Assembly: GCA_964188305.1 (NCBI GenBank)
Contig: OZ076893.1
DNA length: 64,000 nucleotides
Direction: 5' to 3' (one strand)
Source: Podarcis bocagei
Lineage: Eukaryota
Every line of letters starts with the position of its first letter. The stretch's first letter is position 1. Shown in pieces: positions 51,030 to 62,547 of the stretch. The translations under genes and the position numbers were made by a program. The notes beneath the pieces were generated by a model that saw only the letters and a list, made by a program, of their open reading frames with translations, was not told the origin of the DNA and made no database searches.

Positions 51030-51172
51030 GATGTTGTTTTTATTTTGATTATATATATTGTGGTTTTATATTTTGATTTTGTTCTGTGAACCACCCTGAG
51101 ACCTCTGGGTATAGGGTGGTATATAAATTAAATAAATAGATAAATAACTAAATAAATAATAAAAAATAATAT
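51030..51172 (+). mobile_element. L2-type LINE 3' tail
   Basis: T-rich UTR followed by tgtgaaccaccctgagacctctgggtatagggtggtatataaat and a (TAAA)n tail. Confidence 0.7.
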
Positions 51173-53756
51173 AATAAAACTTTACTGTGCTGTGTCCTTC
51201 TACATGCTCTGGAATGCCCACCAAGGACAAATTGCTTCACCTTTTCATATCAGTGATTTTTGAACGTAAGAAGGCCAGTTCTCTCTGATGCTGCTGCAGA
51301 ATGGTATCTCTGCTGTGAATGCAGTCTTCAAAGTTTGATACTCACTGTTCTACTCCCTTCACCCTGTAAGTCATATGTTCTGCTGATGCTTTCATCAGCT
51401 CAAGCCTTAAAACTTCCTGCTCTTCTCTTAGTGACTGTGTCTTTAGCAAGTTCTTCCTGCTCTCTTCTTTTGGAGTCTGAAGTGTCTTTGGCTATCTCCT
51501 CAATAAGTTATGTGTATCTCAAGAGTCTGCAAGGTAGGGTTTAGTTGCCATAATGGGTGCTCCTGCTTATTTCAGCTCTTTAACATGTCTGTTGCAAGGA
51601 TCTCTGAGAAGGTTTGGGCATTATGTTCTTTCTACCTTCTGTAGGGGGAGAAGACCTATTTTGGTGGTCAGTTCTATAAACATATGAATCCAGAGGGTGT
51701 CCTGATGTTCCTAGAATATTCTCCTGCAGACTTGGCCAGCAGTTCATACAAGGCCTTGGTCGATGCCTGGAACTAGGAGTACTAGGGCTATTGATATGGT
51801 TATTCCTGAATGTCCTCACCCAAGCTGAAGAGTACAAATGCAATTAAGTCCAATATATTAATACACTGTTTTTAATTCGAACGCTATTGGCACAATAGTA
51901 CTACAAAACATGTTGCACATCGGGTTCAAAATCAGTGGCTTTCCTATTTTGCTTTAAAAGTACATACTGACAGTACATACTGACAGATAAACAAGATCTG
52001 CAACAGGTTACATAAATTCTGTAAAATACAAGCCCAAATACTCTGGACATAGGAACTCATACCTAATAACCAGATGCTTAGAAGAAGAAGAAAGCAGCCA
52101 GGAAGCAACAGCCCTCCAGTTTGTTATTACAGCTCATGAACTTGCGCTATGGGACTGAGTCCAGAATATTAAATGTCCTGTTGGCACAAGTGGATTTTGG
52201 CACCATCTATCACATTAAATATTATATAGTCACTAAGCAAGTCAATTTACTTCCATAAGGTCATCACACGAAACAAACCATCTTTTTGCATGCTGTCTAG
52301 GAAAATGAACCTTCCCTCTTAATTACATGGGAGATAAAGGAGGCTGGAGATTACAATTATGTTTGAGTCAGATGTCTTCTGAGGAAACTTCCGGTGCCAC
52401 TATTTAAATATTTGTGCATGGACAGAGAAAATGAGCCTGAAAAAAGTCAAGGAAAAAATTTGTTCACTTATTTTTCTTACGTTAATGCAATCATTTAATC
52501 GTATCAATCTGTATTATAGTGTCAAACCAATTTGCATCCCACAACATAAAGGTCTACTTTTAGTAATCTCATTAACACTTCTTTCAGGCATGCTGCAGGT
52601 GAAAATGACATTTTCACAATGTCTCTAAATGAAAGATGGATGTAGAAGAAAACAGAAATGAAAATTCTTCTTTGCCTCATTCTGTTATGATATTAGGGAT
52701 GGCTATATAAACGATCAGTTTTGCTTTCAAGGACCTTTGAGATTAGATAAAGTGACAGTGAGTGTTCGGAAGAGAAAAAATATGGTACTGCTTATGGGAC
52801 AATAAAAATTATGAGGAAAAATGTGGCATCCAGAATTTCTCCAGCGGTATACATATGAAAATAAAGCACTACATCCCAACAACACAAAGATTAATGCATA
52901 TGGCATAACCCTATTCATTTGAGAATAAGCTTGCCTAAGCAACCTATTTTGTCTTTACGAACAACTATATGTATAAAATCTCCAAGTTACAAAGGAATCC
53001 TAGATACTCACTCCAATCAAATATAGGTGCTGTCTACTTTAAATCATTGGAACAAATCATTGGTTTCTGTTGAGTTACTGTGAACAGAGAAATCCAATAC
53101 AAAAATTAAATGCAATCTTCATGTACATCTAATTATGAAGAAATTAATAACATATTACCATACCTAGTCCTATTGATTTAATTTTAAAGAAACCAAAACG
53201 AGGGAGGAGGGACACGAAGAAACACTAACTATACTTACTCTGCCACTGCATCTTCCAGCTGAACAACAAATAGAAAACATATTTTGAATAAATAATTTAT
53301 TATACCTGTGATTCAGATCCACAGTGAATAATCTGTGGGAAACTGTTTCAACTTTTCCTGGGGAAAATGTTTAGCTCATGAAGAAACCTACTTGTTATGG
53401 GAGAGTAAGTAGGATCTAGCAATGAGCATTGAACTTGCTTATACTCTCTTTCTCCATCTCTCTCTCACACAAATATTTACACCGGCTGCCTCATAAAACT
53501 TAAATTGACCCAAGGAAATCTCAGCTATAAGAAAGCAATCAAGTTTGGTATATCCCCATGTTCTATTTATACATTCACATGTACAATTTATCCCTAAAAT
53601 GTCTATTGTTTGAAACAATTAACAATTAACACTGACAATAGGGAAAGTGTGTAGGAGACAGAAGAATTGTGTAACGCACATATTTAATCCTCAACCTGTT
53701 AATAGCTCTAATTCAACCATTTTCATAATGTTCTTCACTCACTAGAAAAGGTTTTA

Positions 53757-54441
53757 CAGTGGTACCTCGCAAGACGAACGCCTCACAAGATGGAAAACCC
53801 GCTAGACGAAAGGGTTTTCCGTTTTGGAGGCGCTTCGCAAGACGAATTTCCCTATGGGCTTGCTTCGCAAGACGACAGCCCATAGGGAAATATCCGGGAC
53901 AGCGGGGAAGCGCAGCGCGTCTTCCCCACTGTCCTCGGACCTCCTCCGAAGCCGGGCGGCGGGGCGGGAACGCCTCCTCCCGCCGCCGCCGGGCTTCGGA
54001 ACGCTGCTCCGAAGCCGGGCAGCGGGGTGGGAACACCTTCTGAAGGCGGGCGGGGGGCGAAAGTCTTTGTCCCCCCTGCCTGCCTTCCCATTGGCTTTTA
54101 AATCGCCCCGGACAGCAGAGAAGTCCTCCGCTGTCCCGGGGCGATTTTAAAATGCCGCCCACCAGCATTTTAAGATCGCCCGGACAGCGGAGAAGTCCTC
54201 CACTGTCCCGGGGTTTTTTAAAATGCTGGGGGTGGGAAGAAAAGCCCTTGCCCCCCCCCCAGCCTTCAGAAGAGGTCCGGGGACAGACTGTCCCCGGACC
54301 TGGTCTGAAGGCGGTTTCCCTAGGAACGCATTAATTGATTTTCAATGCATTCCTATGGGAAACCGTGCATCGCAAGACGAAAAACTCGCAAGACGAAGAG
54401 ACTTGCGGAACGAATTAATTTCGTCTTGCGAGGCACCACTG
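53757..54441. mobile_element. Young, CpG-rich pogo/Tigger-like non-autonomous element (685 bp)
   Basis: TA TSD; 22-bp TIRs cagtggtacctcgcaagacgaa / ttcgtcttgcgaggcaccactg with one mismatch; internal CGCAAGACGA repeats and duplicated hairpins; no transposase motif in its ORFs. Confidence 0.93.
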
Positions 54442-56587
54442 TATTTCATATTATTACTAAATATGTTTTGTCCAAAGTTAGGTTAGACTGGAATCAATGC
54501 AATTTAATGTGCTTAATGCGGGCTGAAACATTCCTGTCATCATGGTTTTTTTTAATATATCTGATTTGGTTTTTGGTTTCTGGTTTTTTAAAAAACCTCT
54601 CTGTCTCTCTCTATATATAAACCCACATCCACAACTTCCAGCCAAAATGTCACAAAAGTGGGGCAATCTTTTAAGTTCCCCAGAACTTTTCACTGGGTGA
54701 GATGTTACACAAAGGAAGGGGTAACAGGGATGAGGAAAAATAAAAAGCACAAAAAAATAGGTTGATGTGGCCATCAAGTCAGCTCATAGACTCAGTTCCA
54801 TCATGGAGAATACATACACTCTTTGGTCTTTCCACATATAATAATGTTTTATTTCCCAAGGCATAAATTTGCAGAATAAAGCTAGTTCTTGATTGAGCTT
54901 CTAGTTTGTGGTCAATAAAACTAAAGATGCAACAAAACAAAAAAAGCAAAAACATCCTCTGCAGCATGAACTCTTCCTATTAAAGGAAGGAAAGAGCCAT
55001 GTGCGAAAGCAACAAGATCCACAATGTATAATATCTTTCTGACCTTTTGTTACCCTGCCTTATTATGAAAGACCTGAACATGAAAATTTATTACTGGCCA
55101 TTATTCTTTCTCTGCTGATTCCAGATGCTACCATCTGAAACAAAACGCGGGGGGGGGGGTGCGGGGGGGGGAGTTGTTGAGCCCTGGAGACATATCACAC
55201 ATTTTTATCATAGGAGAGATAATCACAATTTACCCTACTGAGATGGAACTCCTTTATGGACCACTTTGTATATGACAGGAGATTATTGATTCACCATCCA
55301 TCAGAGATACAGAGATTTTTTTTAGGCTGATAGCTTTATAGATAGTTCTTTTTTCTCTGTGCACATCATAAAATTGTTCCCTCATATAATGGGTTATTAC
55401 TGCATGCAGAAATGGCATCCCGAATGTAAAAGTAATTTTGATTCACCCTCACTCCTCCATAACAGTATATCTCTTGCAATGCTAAGAGCTTGATTTACCA
55501 CAGCCCGCCTGCTAAAGATAACATGGACGCTTAGATCCTACAAGACTGCAATAATTTCATTTACAAAAGGTGAACAAAAAAGACGGAACATTTTTCAATA
55601 GCACCTTCTAAATGGAATACTTTTAAGATGTTCACTTATTTATTTCTACATTGCATGCTTACAGCATTTAATGTGAAAGATTTCAGATTTAACAAAGAGG
55701 AATACTTCAGTTCAACGAAAACACTACTCTCAGATTCTTAAGTAGCTTTTCCCAAATGAAAAACAGTTATTTTCATTAGCTGGGACAAAGAAGCACGTCA
55801 CACCTGAACTGTAATGCAATTCTAAACTACTTATTTTCAAATTAAATTGTCATCTAAAAGCTGATGGCAGCAATCTGAGAGTTCTCTTTAGAAGGACCCA
55901 GGCGATAAATACTGAGCAGTTCTAGTTTATCTATGAACATATTGAAGTCAAATTAATCCTCAGAAAAATGATGGTCTATGATAAGTTCAGAATAAGCCAT
56001 CATATAGGTAGACTTTTTACATCATAAAGTTACTGCTTCTTAGCCAATCATTCGGGATTTTTTATTGGTACTTCTATACTTCTAACAAGTTAAAAATGTT
56101 GGTTTCAGAAGGCTCTTAATTAGTTCCGATCTTGTTATGCAATACATTGTTCATGGCTAGTTATTTTCATCTTGAAATGCTACTTGCATGCCCAGCAGTA
56201 GACAGCCTAGTAAAACTGTGTCTGGAAAATGCTATTTCTGGCTGTAGGTGGAGACTCACATTATCAAGCATTCTTCCATGCAAACAGAAAAGGGAAAGTA
56301 AGTTGCTCCACATAGAAAAACTGTATATCGGGGAAAGGGTTCCTCCGTGGTCCTCTCTATATGCTCCAATACAACCTTTCTCACAGTACCACCACTACAG
56401 ATGGACCAGAAGAGTGTGAATGTGACAGAAGGCTTGCTCCATCACAGCACTTCATCTCTGAACACCCTCCTGGGTGAAATCAAACAGTCCCCTTTTGTGG
56501 CCATGTGCAGGTAGAACCTGAAAACATTTTTATTTGTCAAAGACTTTGGAAGATGATAGTTTAAAAAACTATAGTGCCTAAATATAC

Positions 56588-56687
56588 CTATCATTTCAAT
56601 TATTGGATACCGTATATGATTTTACGTTGTTTGCCTACCCAATCACCCTTTAGGGGATAGATAGAAAGCAAGAAAGATGATAGATGA

Positions 56688-56747
<60 letters not shown>

Positions 56748-56822
56748 TAGATAGATAGACTCTTTGCTCTCTTACTCTTTGAGTCTATCCATCTATCATC
56801 CATCCATCTATCTATCTATCTA

Positions 56823-56866
<44 letters not shown>

Positions 56867-56963
56867 ATCTTTCTTGCTTTCTATCCCCTAAAGGGTGATT
56901 GGGTAGGCAAACAACATAAAATCCAGTAAAATCATATACAGTATCCAATAATTGAAATGATAG
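56588..56963. repeat. Local inverted duplication (~175-180 bp arms) containing GATA/GACA and TATC microsatellites
   Basis: Left arm 56588-56762 and right arm 56782-56963 are reverse complements, differing by one substitution, a 10-nt indel, a 4-nt indel and microsatellite variation. Confidence 0.93.
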
Positions 56964-57821
56964 TTTAAAAAGTTTAAAAGTTTGCAAAGAGCAAAGAGTA
57001 AGATTACCGTAACTTCCATCACAGAGCTTCAGTATGCTGATGACAATGTAGTGTGCACACTCTCAGAGCATGACCTCCAAACCATCCTAAATATCTTTGC
57101 AGAAGCTTAAGAAAAGCTTGGCCTATCACTCAACATCCAAAAAAACAAAGTGTTGCACCAACAAGCACAAAATAACCCCACTGCAGCACCACAAATCCAA
57201 CTCAATAGTGTAACGTTGGAAAATGTTGATCACTTCTCCTACCTAGGCAGTTATCTTTCCACAAGGGCCAACATTGATGCCGAAATCCAGCATCGCCTGA
57301 GCTCTGCAAGTGCTGCTTTCTCTCGATTGAAGTGCAGACTGTTTGAGGACCGGGACATTCGCAAGGAAACCAAAATGCTTGTTTACAATGCTATTGTATA
57401 CCAACCTTACTATATGCTTGTGAAACATGGACCGCTTATAAACGCCATCTCTAACTCCTCAAAAGATTCCATCAACGGTGTCTCTGAAAAATTTTACACA
57501 TCACTTGGGAAGACAGGCGAACTAATATTAGTGTACTGGAAGAAGCAAAGATCACCAATGTTGAAGCAATGATTCTTCAACATCAACTTTGATGGGCTGG
57601 TCATGTTGTGCGGATGCCGGATACTCATTTTCCAAAGCAACTACTCTATTCCGAACTTAAAAATGGAAAGTGTAATGCTGGTGGTCAACAAAAGAGGTTT
57701 AAAGACTGTCTCAAGGCAAATCTTTAAAAAATGTAGTATAAACACTGACAACTGGGAAACACTGGCCTGCGAGTGCTCCAGTTGGAGAACAGCCTTTACC
57801 AAAGGTGTCATGGGCTTTGAA

Positions 57822-58026
57822 TAAAAAAAATTCCTTCCAGTAGCACCTTAAAGACCAACTAAGTTAGTTCTTGGTATGAGCTTTCGTGTGCATGCACACT
57901 TCTTCAGAAGAAGTGTGCATGCACGAAAGCTCATACCAAGAACTAACTTAGTTGGTCTTTAAGGTGCTACTGGAAGGAATTTTTTTATTTTGACTATGGC
58001 AGACCAACACGGCTACCTATCTACTA
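57822..58026 (+). mobile_element. Penelope-like fold-back remnant, second copy
   Basis: Near-perfect palindrome centred on 57906 (2-nt deletion and A8/T7 difference); same tail as the 41 kb copy; 12-bp TSD atgggctttgaa (57810-57821, 58027-58038) duplicating RTE sequence. Confidence 0.88.
57873..57908 (-). ncRNA. Partial hammerhead motif (core intact, stem I 5' arm lost)
   Basis: U-CUGAAGA-A-GUGUG(CAUG)CACAC-GAAA-GC-UC-AUACC with a CUC triplet; the inversion junction removes the GUA needed to extend stem I. Confidence 0.65.
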
Positions 58027-60514
58027 ATGGGCTTTGAAGACACTCGAATTCAGGACGCAAGGGAGAAACTGTGGAAGGACGTGTGGATCCAGAATTGGCC
58101 TCCACAGTCACTTACGGACTCATTGTTAAAACCGTGTTTATGGAAGACAATCTTACTTGGCTACGAGTGATTGCCAAAGAAGAAGAAGAAGACAGATAGA
58201 CATATAGATAGATTGATGATAGATAGATAGTTTCCTGTGAACTGAAATCTACCAAAATTTCTAACCCAGGACTTGCTAGTCTTTTACTGAACAACTACTG
58301 TTGTTGTGTGAGATTTTGCTGACAAAATTGGTCAGGAGAAGTAGAGAAAAGAGTGACGTATGTAGGAGAGGAAATAGAGACACAGACCAGAAAGACTGAA
58401 AGAGAGATGAGAACGCAGAGAAGCCTTTAGCATTGGAAGCATGGACATTCATGATGTGCGAAGGAAATTTGGACTCTATTAAAGCAGGTGTCATTATTGA
58501 GCTTGCAAAGGGAAAGCTACGTATGAATTAATCTTCTAAATGAATGATGTCTCAGATGTAGGAGTTACCAAAAAGAAAATGGGAAAATGAGTCTCTCCCC
58601 CCCATGTGTATGTATGTTTCTGAACATAATAAATAAACCACACAAACAAGACTTAAAACCATTCAACTTCATGTACTATTTTTTAATTAAGTAGTATTAC
58701 TTACCTCAACACAGTCTGGTCAATTTGGTTTTTAAAAGTGCATTTCAGATAAAGTCATATCTGTTTCTTACAGCTTCCTAATTTAGGATTTTATCTTAAG
58801 TTGGGAGTTTGTCTATGTTAAGGAACTAATTACAGCAAACTTAGACATTAAAAGTTAGATTTCTGTGTAGGCCCACCAGAATCACTCCTGCAACAGATTG
58901 CGATCTTCTCTGATAAAATAGCCAATTAAAGTGGGCTATATCCAACAAAGTTATCCTGTTCTCTTTCATTGTAACTACTTACGCAATTGAGTGCATAGGC
59001 GCATATACAGGAAGTTTAAGAGAACATTGGAAGGAATGGCATGTCCTTGCATGCCTCCCATATCCCTGTCCAGTTCTCCAACCACAGCTCTACCCTCCAT
59101 GTGGAGGGGAAATGATGGGGGCACTGTGCTCAAGTATGTTCTTCTCCGACAATGGCATTTAAGCACAAGTCTCAAGTATTTGGGATAATCACATTTTGTG
59201 TAGTAGCATCCTCCTATAAAGCTATCTGCGTATACAGTTGCCCATGCAAACAATTAGGTAATCCATGTTTCCTAGCAACTATATGTGTACCCCAGTTCTT
59301 AAGAACTACTGTATAGACTTTGTACAGCAGACTTGTAAACTCCATTACATAGCATTAGTCTTCTCTTCTCTATCTTAGCATTTGCCCAGCCACTATTCAG
59401 GGAATTCCAGAATACTTTTAATATAGTAATGAGCATTCTTGTATTAAATGTTCTAAAGGCAGGCATTTGATCTACATTACTTAGGTGCAAGAGTTTATGG
59501 AAACACCGCATAGTTTGTTGGCGCTCTAGACATTAGGAGCAGGAAATTGTGGACAGGTCCTAAATATTTCCAAATCACATAACAACAGGTATGTGATTAT
59601 ATTAACTCCAAATAGAAGTACTAAACTGAGACACAGATTTGGCAGATTTAGAGCTGCTTTCTAAACTGCAATAGTGTAGAAATGGTGCAGAGGGAATTGT
59701 ATCCCATTATTCTTAATAACAAAAGCTTCATAAATAACTTCGTTATCTACAGATAATATAACCTAATCTTGTAATCACCATGTTTTAAAAATTAGAGCTA
59801 AGTGAGATTTTTTAAAGCAGATGGGAACTGCAGAAGACAAAGCAGAATATATGAGGGTGGGGTGGGAATTACATCTAAACAGCTGCACATTTAGGATAGG
59901 TGCTCTCAATAAAGAGTATGACAACAAAGGATTCAGCATATCAGAAAAACAACATATGGGGCTCTGTTTCTGCATACATTTCCTCACTTTTTTTAATCTA
60001 AGGATGAGCTAACTTGGCAGATATTTCTTTCTTTATTGTAATGCATCTGCTTTACTTTGACAAACTTTCAAATCACAAAGTAACTTTAATAAAATGCTGG
60101 CTCATTTTTATTGCTTTTGGAACAGGTAACACATCCTTATAGTATTATTTTCATTATAATTTGGTAAGCTCTCTTAGTAAATAAATTGCCTATGTACACC
60201 ATTCACTTAATAAACATGAAGAGTATGCATTTGGCTAGTAGAATTCCAACACAGAGCATTTAAATAAAGGATTGGACACTCATAGAGAAACACTACCAGT
60301 GAGGTCAGCGGAAGCAGAAGCCTAGTACAGACACAAATAGTAATTATGAATGGAATTATGCGTGAAACATTGCTTCCACTTTTCCAAATCACTCCAGCTT
60401 GCTGGATGGAAAAGGACTCTCTCCTGTGAGCAGTTCTGGGGGTTCTACAGACCCTCCCCACCCAGTTTGGTCGCATGGGAGGAGGAAGGGAGAAACCACA
60501 TTGAATAAGTTACT

Positions 60515-60590
60515 GTTTTGTTTGTTATGATGTATTTTTGTGTTCTTACACTGCAAACCGCCCTGTGATCTGTGGATGAAGGGTGGTATG
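60515..60590 (+). mobile_element. L2-type LINE 3' tail fragment
   Basis: tgcaaaccgccctgtgatctgtggatgaagggtggtat, homologous to the 51030 tail. Confidence 0.55.
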
Positions 60591-61835
60591 TTTCTAATGA
60601 AGGTTGTTAATACTGTATATAAAATAAAAAATGGAAGTAGAGATAAAATGTGCCACTAGTAACAGATAATGAATACTCTTCTGTTGTGACCCTTCACCTC
60701 AGTAGAGACAACCCCATGCAGTACTCGGGCTGAAGAATTCATTAGAGCCAGGCACAAATGTTGCTTCAGCAGCAGTCATCCTCAGGCTAAGTGTAATGTA
60801 AGAACTGCAGCTCTGCTTCAGTAGCTAGCTCCAGATTTCCTTAGAGCAGGGTGGTCCAACACGTGGCCTGTGGGCAGCATGAAGTCCATGAGGCCTTTTT
60901 TTGGTGACCCTTGAATTGAAGCCTAAGATAGGGAGAGACACGAGAGGCTAGGACTGGGCTATAGGACTGGGCTGGAGTTCTCCAAGTAAGAAGAAAGCAA
61001 CACAACATCATTAAGCCAGAGATGTACTGGTACCAAGCATCTTTTTGCAGTATTTCGAACGGGTTAATCTCTTCTAGGGCTGGCCATCTCCTCTCCTACT
61101 CTATGGCTTCATTGCCCGAAGAAGGGGAGTCTGACCCTGGAGTTATGACAGATACTAACAAGCTATTTACGGCTAGAGAATAAACAATACTGAGTCATCG
61201 TAGAGCAGGGGCAAGGCATGCAGACAGTGTTTCTCATAAAGCAAATGTTCTCCCTACCTTCAGACCAGCAGCTTACAAAGAGTCATTCATAGTTTAAGGC
61301 GAACTAATTCCATTTAGACAAGGGAAACTGGACTAGACATAGGATGCCTGCTGCTTTTCTCTCTCAGCAATATTTGTGGTATCATAAAACCCGTTTTTCT
61401 TAGGAAGGCTGCATGGCAAAGAATAAAACTACTTATGAGATACATCAACTTTAATTCCTGCCATGATTGGATTAGTAATCCAATTCCAAATACATCCTGT
61501 GGTGCAGACTTCAAAAGGTTTGTCAAATTAAGCAGCTTCACCTTAAAATAGATGAAGGAATAAGTGTAGCTGTGGCTGCTCCATAAAGCATCAGCATTGT
61601 ACTGCTTTCCCTCCATTTATCTTGCTGCTGTTGTTATTCATTAAGTGTCACTGCAATAACATTTTAAAAGTTTAAATCATCTGAATACACTTTTGACACC
61701 AAAATGATAGTAAACTTTTAAACATATTACACTCCTTGTTTCTTGCATTTAAATAGTTTGCATCTGTGTAAGCTGTACAATATGGGGCAGGGGGGGAAAT
61801 CACTGGTAAAGTCAGTTGTGTTCACAGTACAAGTA

Positions 61836-62208
61836 AAGGTAAAAAGGTAAAGGACCTCCGGACAGTTAAGTCCAGTCAAAGGTGACTATGGGGTGTGGCG
61901 CTCATCTTGCTGTTCAGGCCAAGGGAGCCAGCATTTGTCCACAGACAGTTTTCTGGGTCATGTGGCCAGCATGACTAAACCACTTCTGGCGCACGGACCG
62001 TGACAAGTGCCAGAGCACATGGAAACGGCGTTTACCTTCCCGCCGCAGCAGTACCTATTTATCTACTTCCACTGGCATGCTTTCAAACTGCTAGGATGGC
62101 AGAAGCTGGGACAGAGAAACAGGAGCTCACCCCGTTGAGGGGATTCGATCTGCCAACCTTCTGATCGGCAAGCCCAAGAGGCTCAGACACAGCACCACCC
62201 GCGTCCCT
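61836..62208 (-). mobile_element. Sauria SINE (lacertid/POM-type), near full length
   Basis: Minus-strand 5' end GGGACGCGGGTGGTGCTGTG, B-box-like gatcgaatcccc, Sauria body (gggtcatgtggccagcatgact, tttaccttcccgcc...gtacctatttatctactt) and (ACCTTT)n tail; 12-bp TSD acagtacaagta (61824-61835, 62209-62220). Confidence 0.96.
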
Positions 62209-62488
62209 ACAGTACAAGTACAGAACTCTGGAGGTAGCTTTGGGATATTCCTCAAGAATAAAGATGCACTCATATTGTTTTCTCCTTTAAAAATAATTTA
62301 TTTATTTTCTAAGTCAAGGTCTAATTACCAACAATTTGATGAAAGAATTTTAATTTAATGTAACTTTAAAACTAACCATTCCTTTACATACAAAAAAGAA
62401 ATCACAAACTATTCCCAATCACTAATTCTTGTTTATAATAATATGATAACTATCTGGGATGAGCATGTATCCCTTTGGGAAGAAGGGG

Positions 62489-62489
<1 letters not shown>

Positions 62490-62519
<30 letters not shown>

Positions 62520-62547
62520 CTTCTTCTTCTTCTTCTTCTTCTTCTTC
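62490..62547. repeat. (CTT)n microsatellite, about 19 units
   Basis: Direct reading; it generates the poly-Ser and poly-Leu ORFs. Confidence 0.98.

Larger units (their letters stand above)
57005..58190 (+). mobile_element. RTE-clade LINE (non-BovB), 5'-truncated, interrupted by a Penelope-like fold-back
   Basis: ELQYADD (QYADD at 57030-57044), GLSLNIQKNKVL, LENVDHFSYLGSYLS...IDAEIQHRLSSASAAFSRL, PKQLLYSELK; in-frame stops and frameshifts; (GAA)n tail ending at ~58190. Confidence 0.93.

Noticed and set aside
51346-51825. Minus-strand segment with acceptor/donor-like ends and coiled-coil-looking peptides (LREEQEVLRLELMK)
   Set aside because: No frame stays open across it; the purine-rich internal duplication looks more like a decayed repeat or LTR.
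51959-51986. 13-bp tandem duplication agtacatactgac (similar small duplications at ~36464 and ~60949)
   Set aside because: Ordinary slippage or repair duplications.
53713-54620. Multiple 80-150 aa Arg/Pro-rich ORFs
   Set aside because: Artefacts of the GC-rich Tigger-like element; no transposase DDD or HTH signature.
55147-55171. Two long G-runs with G-quadruplex potential
   Set aside because: Homopolymer G/C runs are scattered throughout this window, and there is no context suggesting function.
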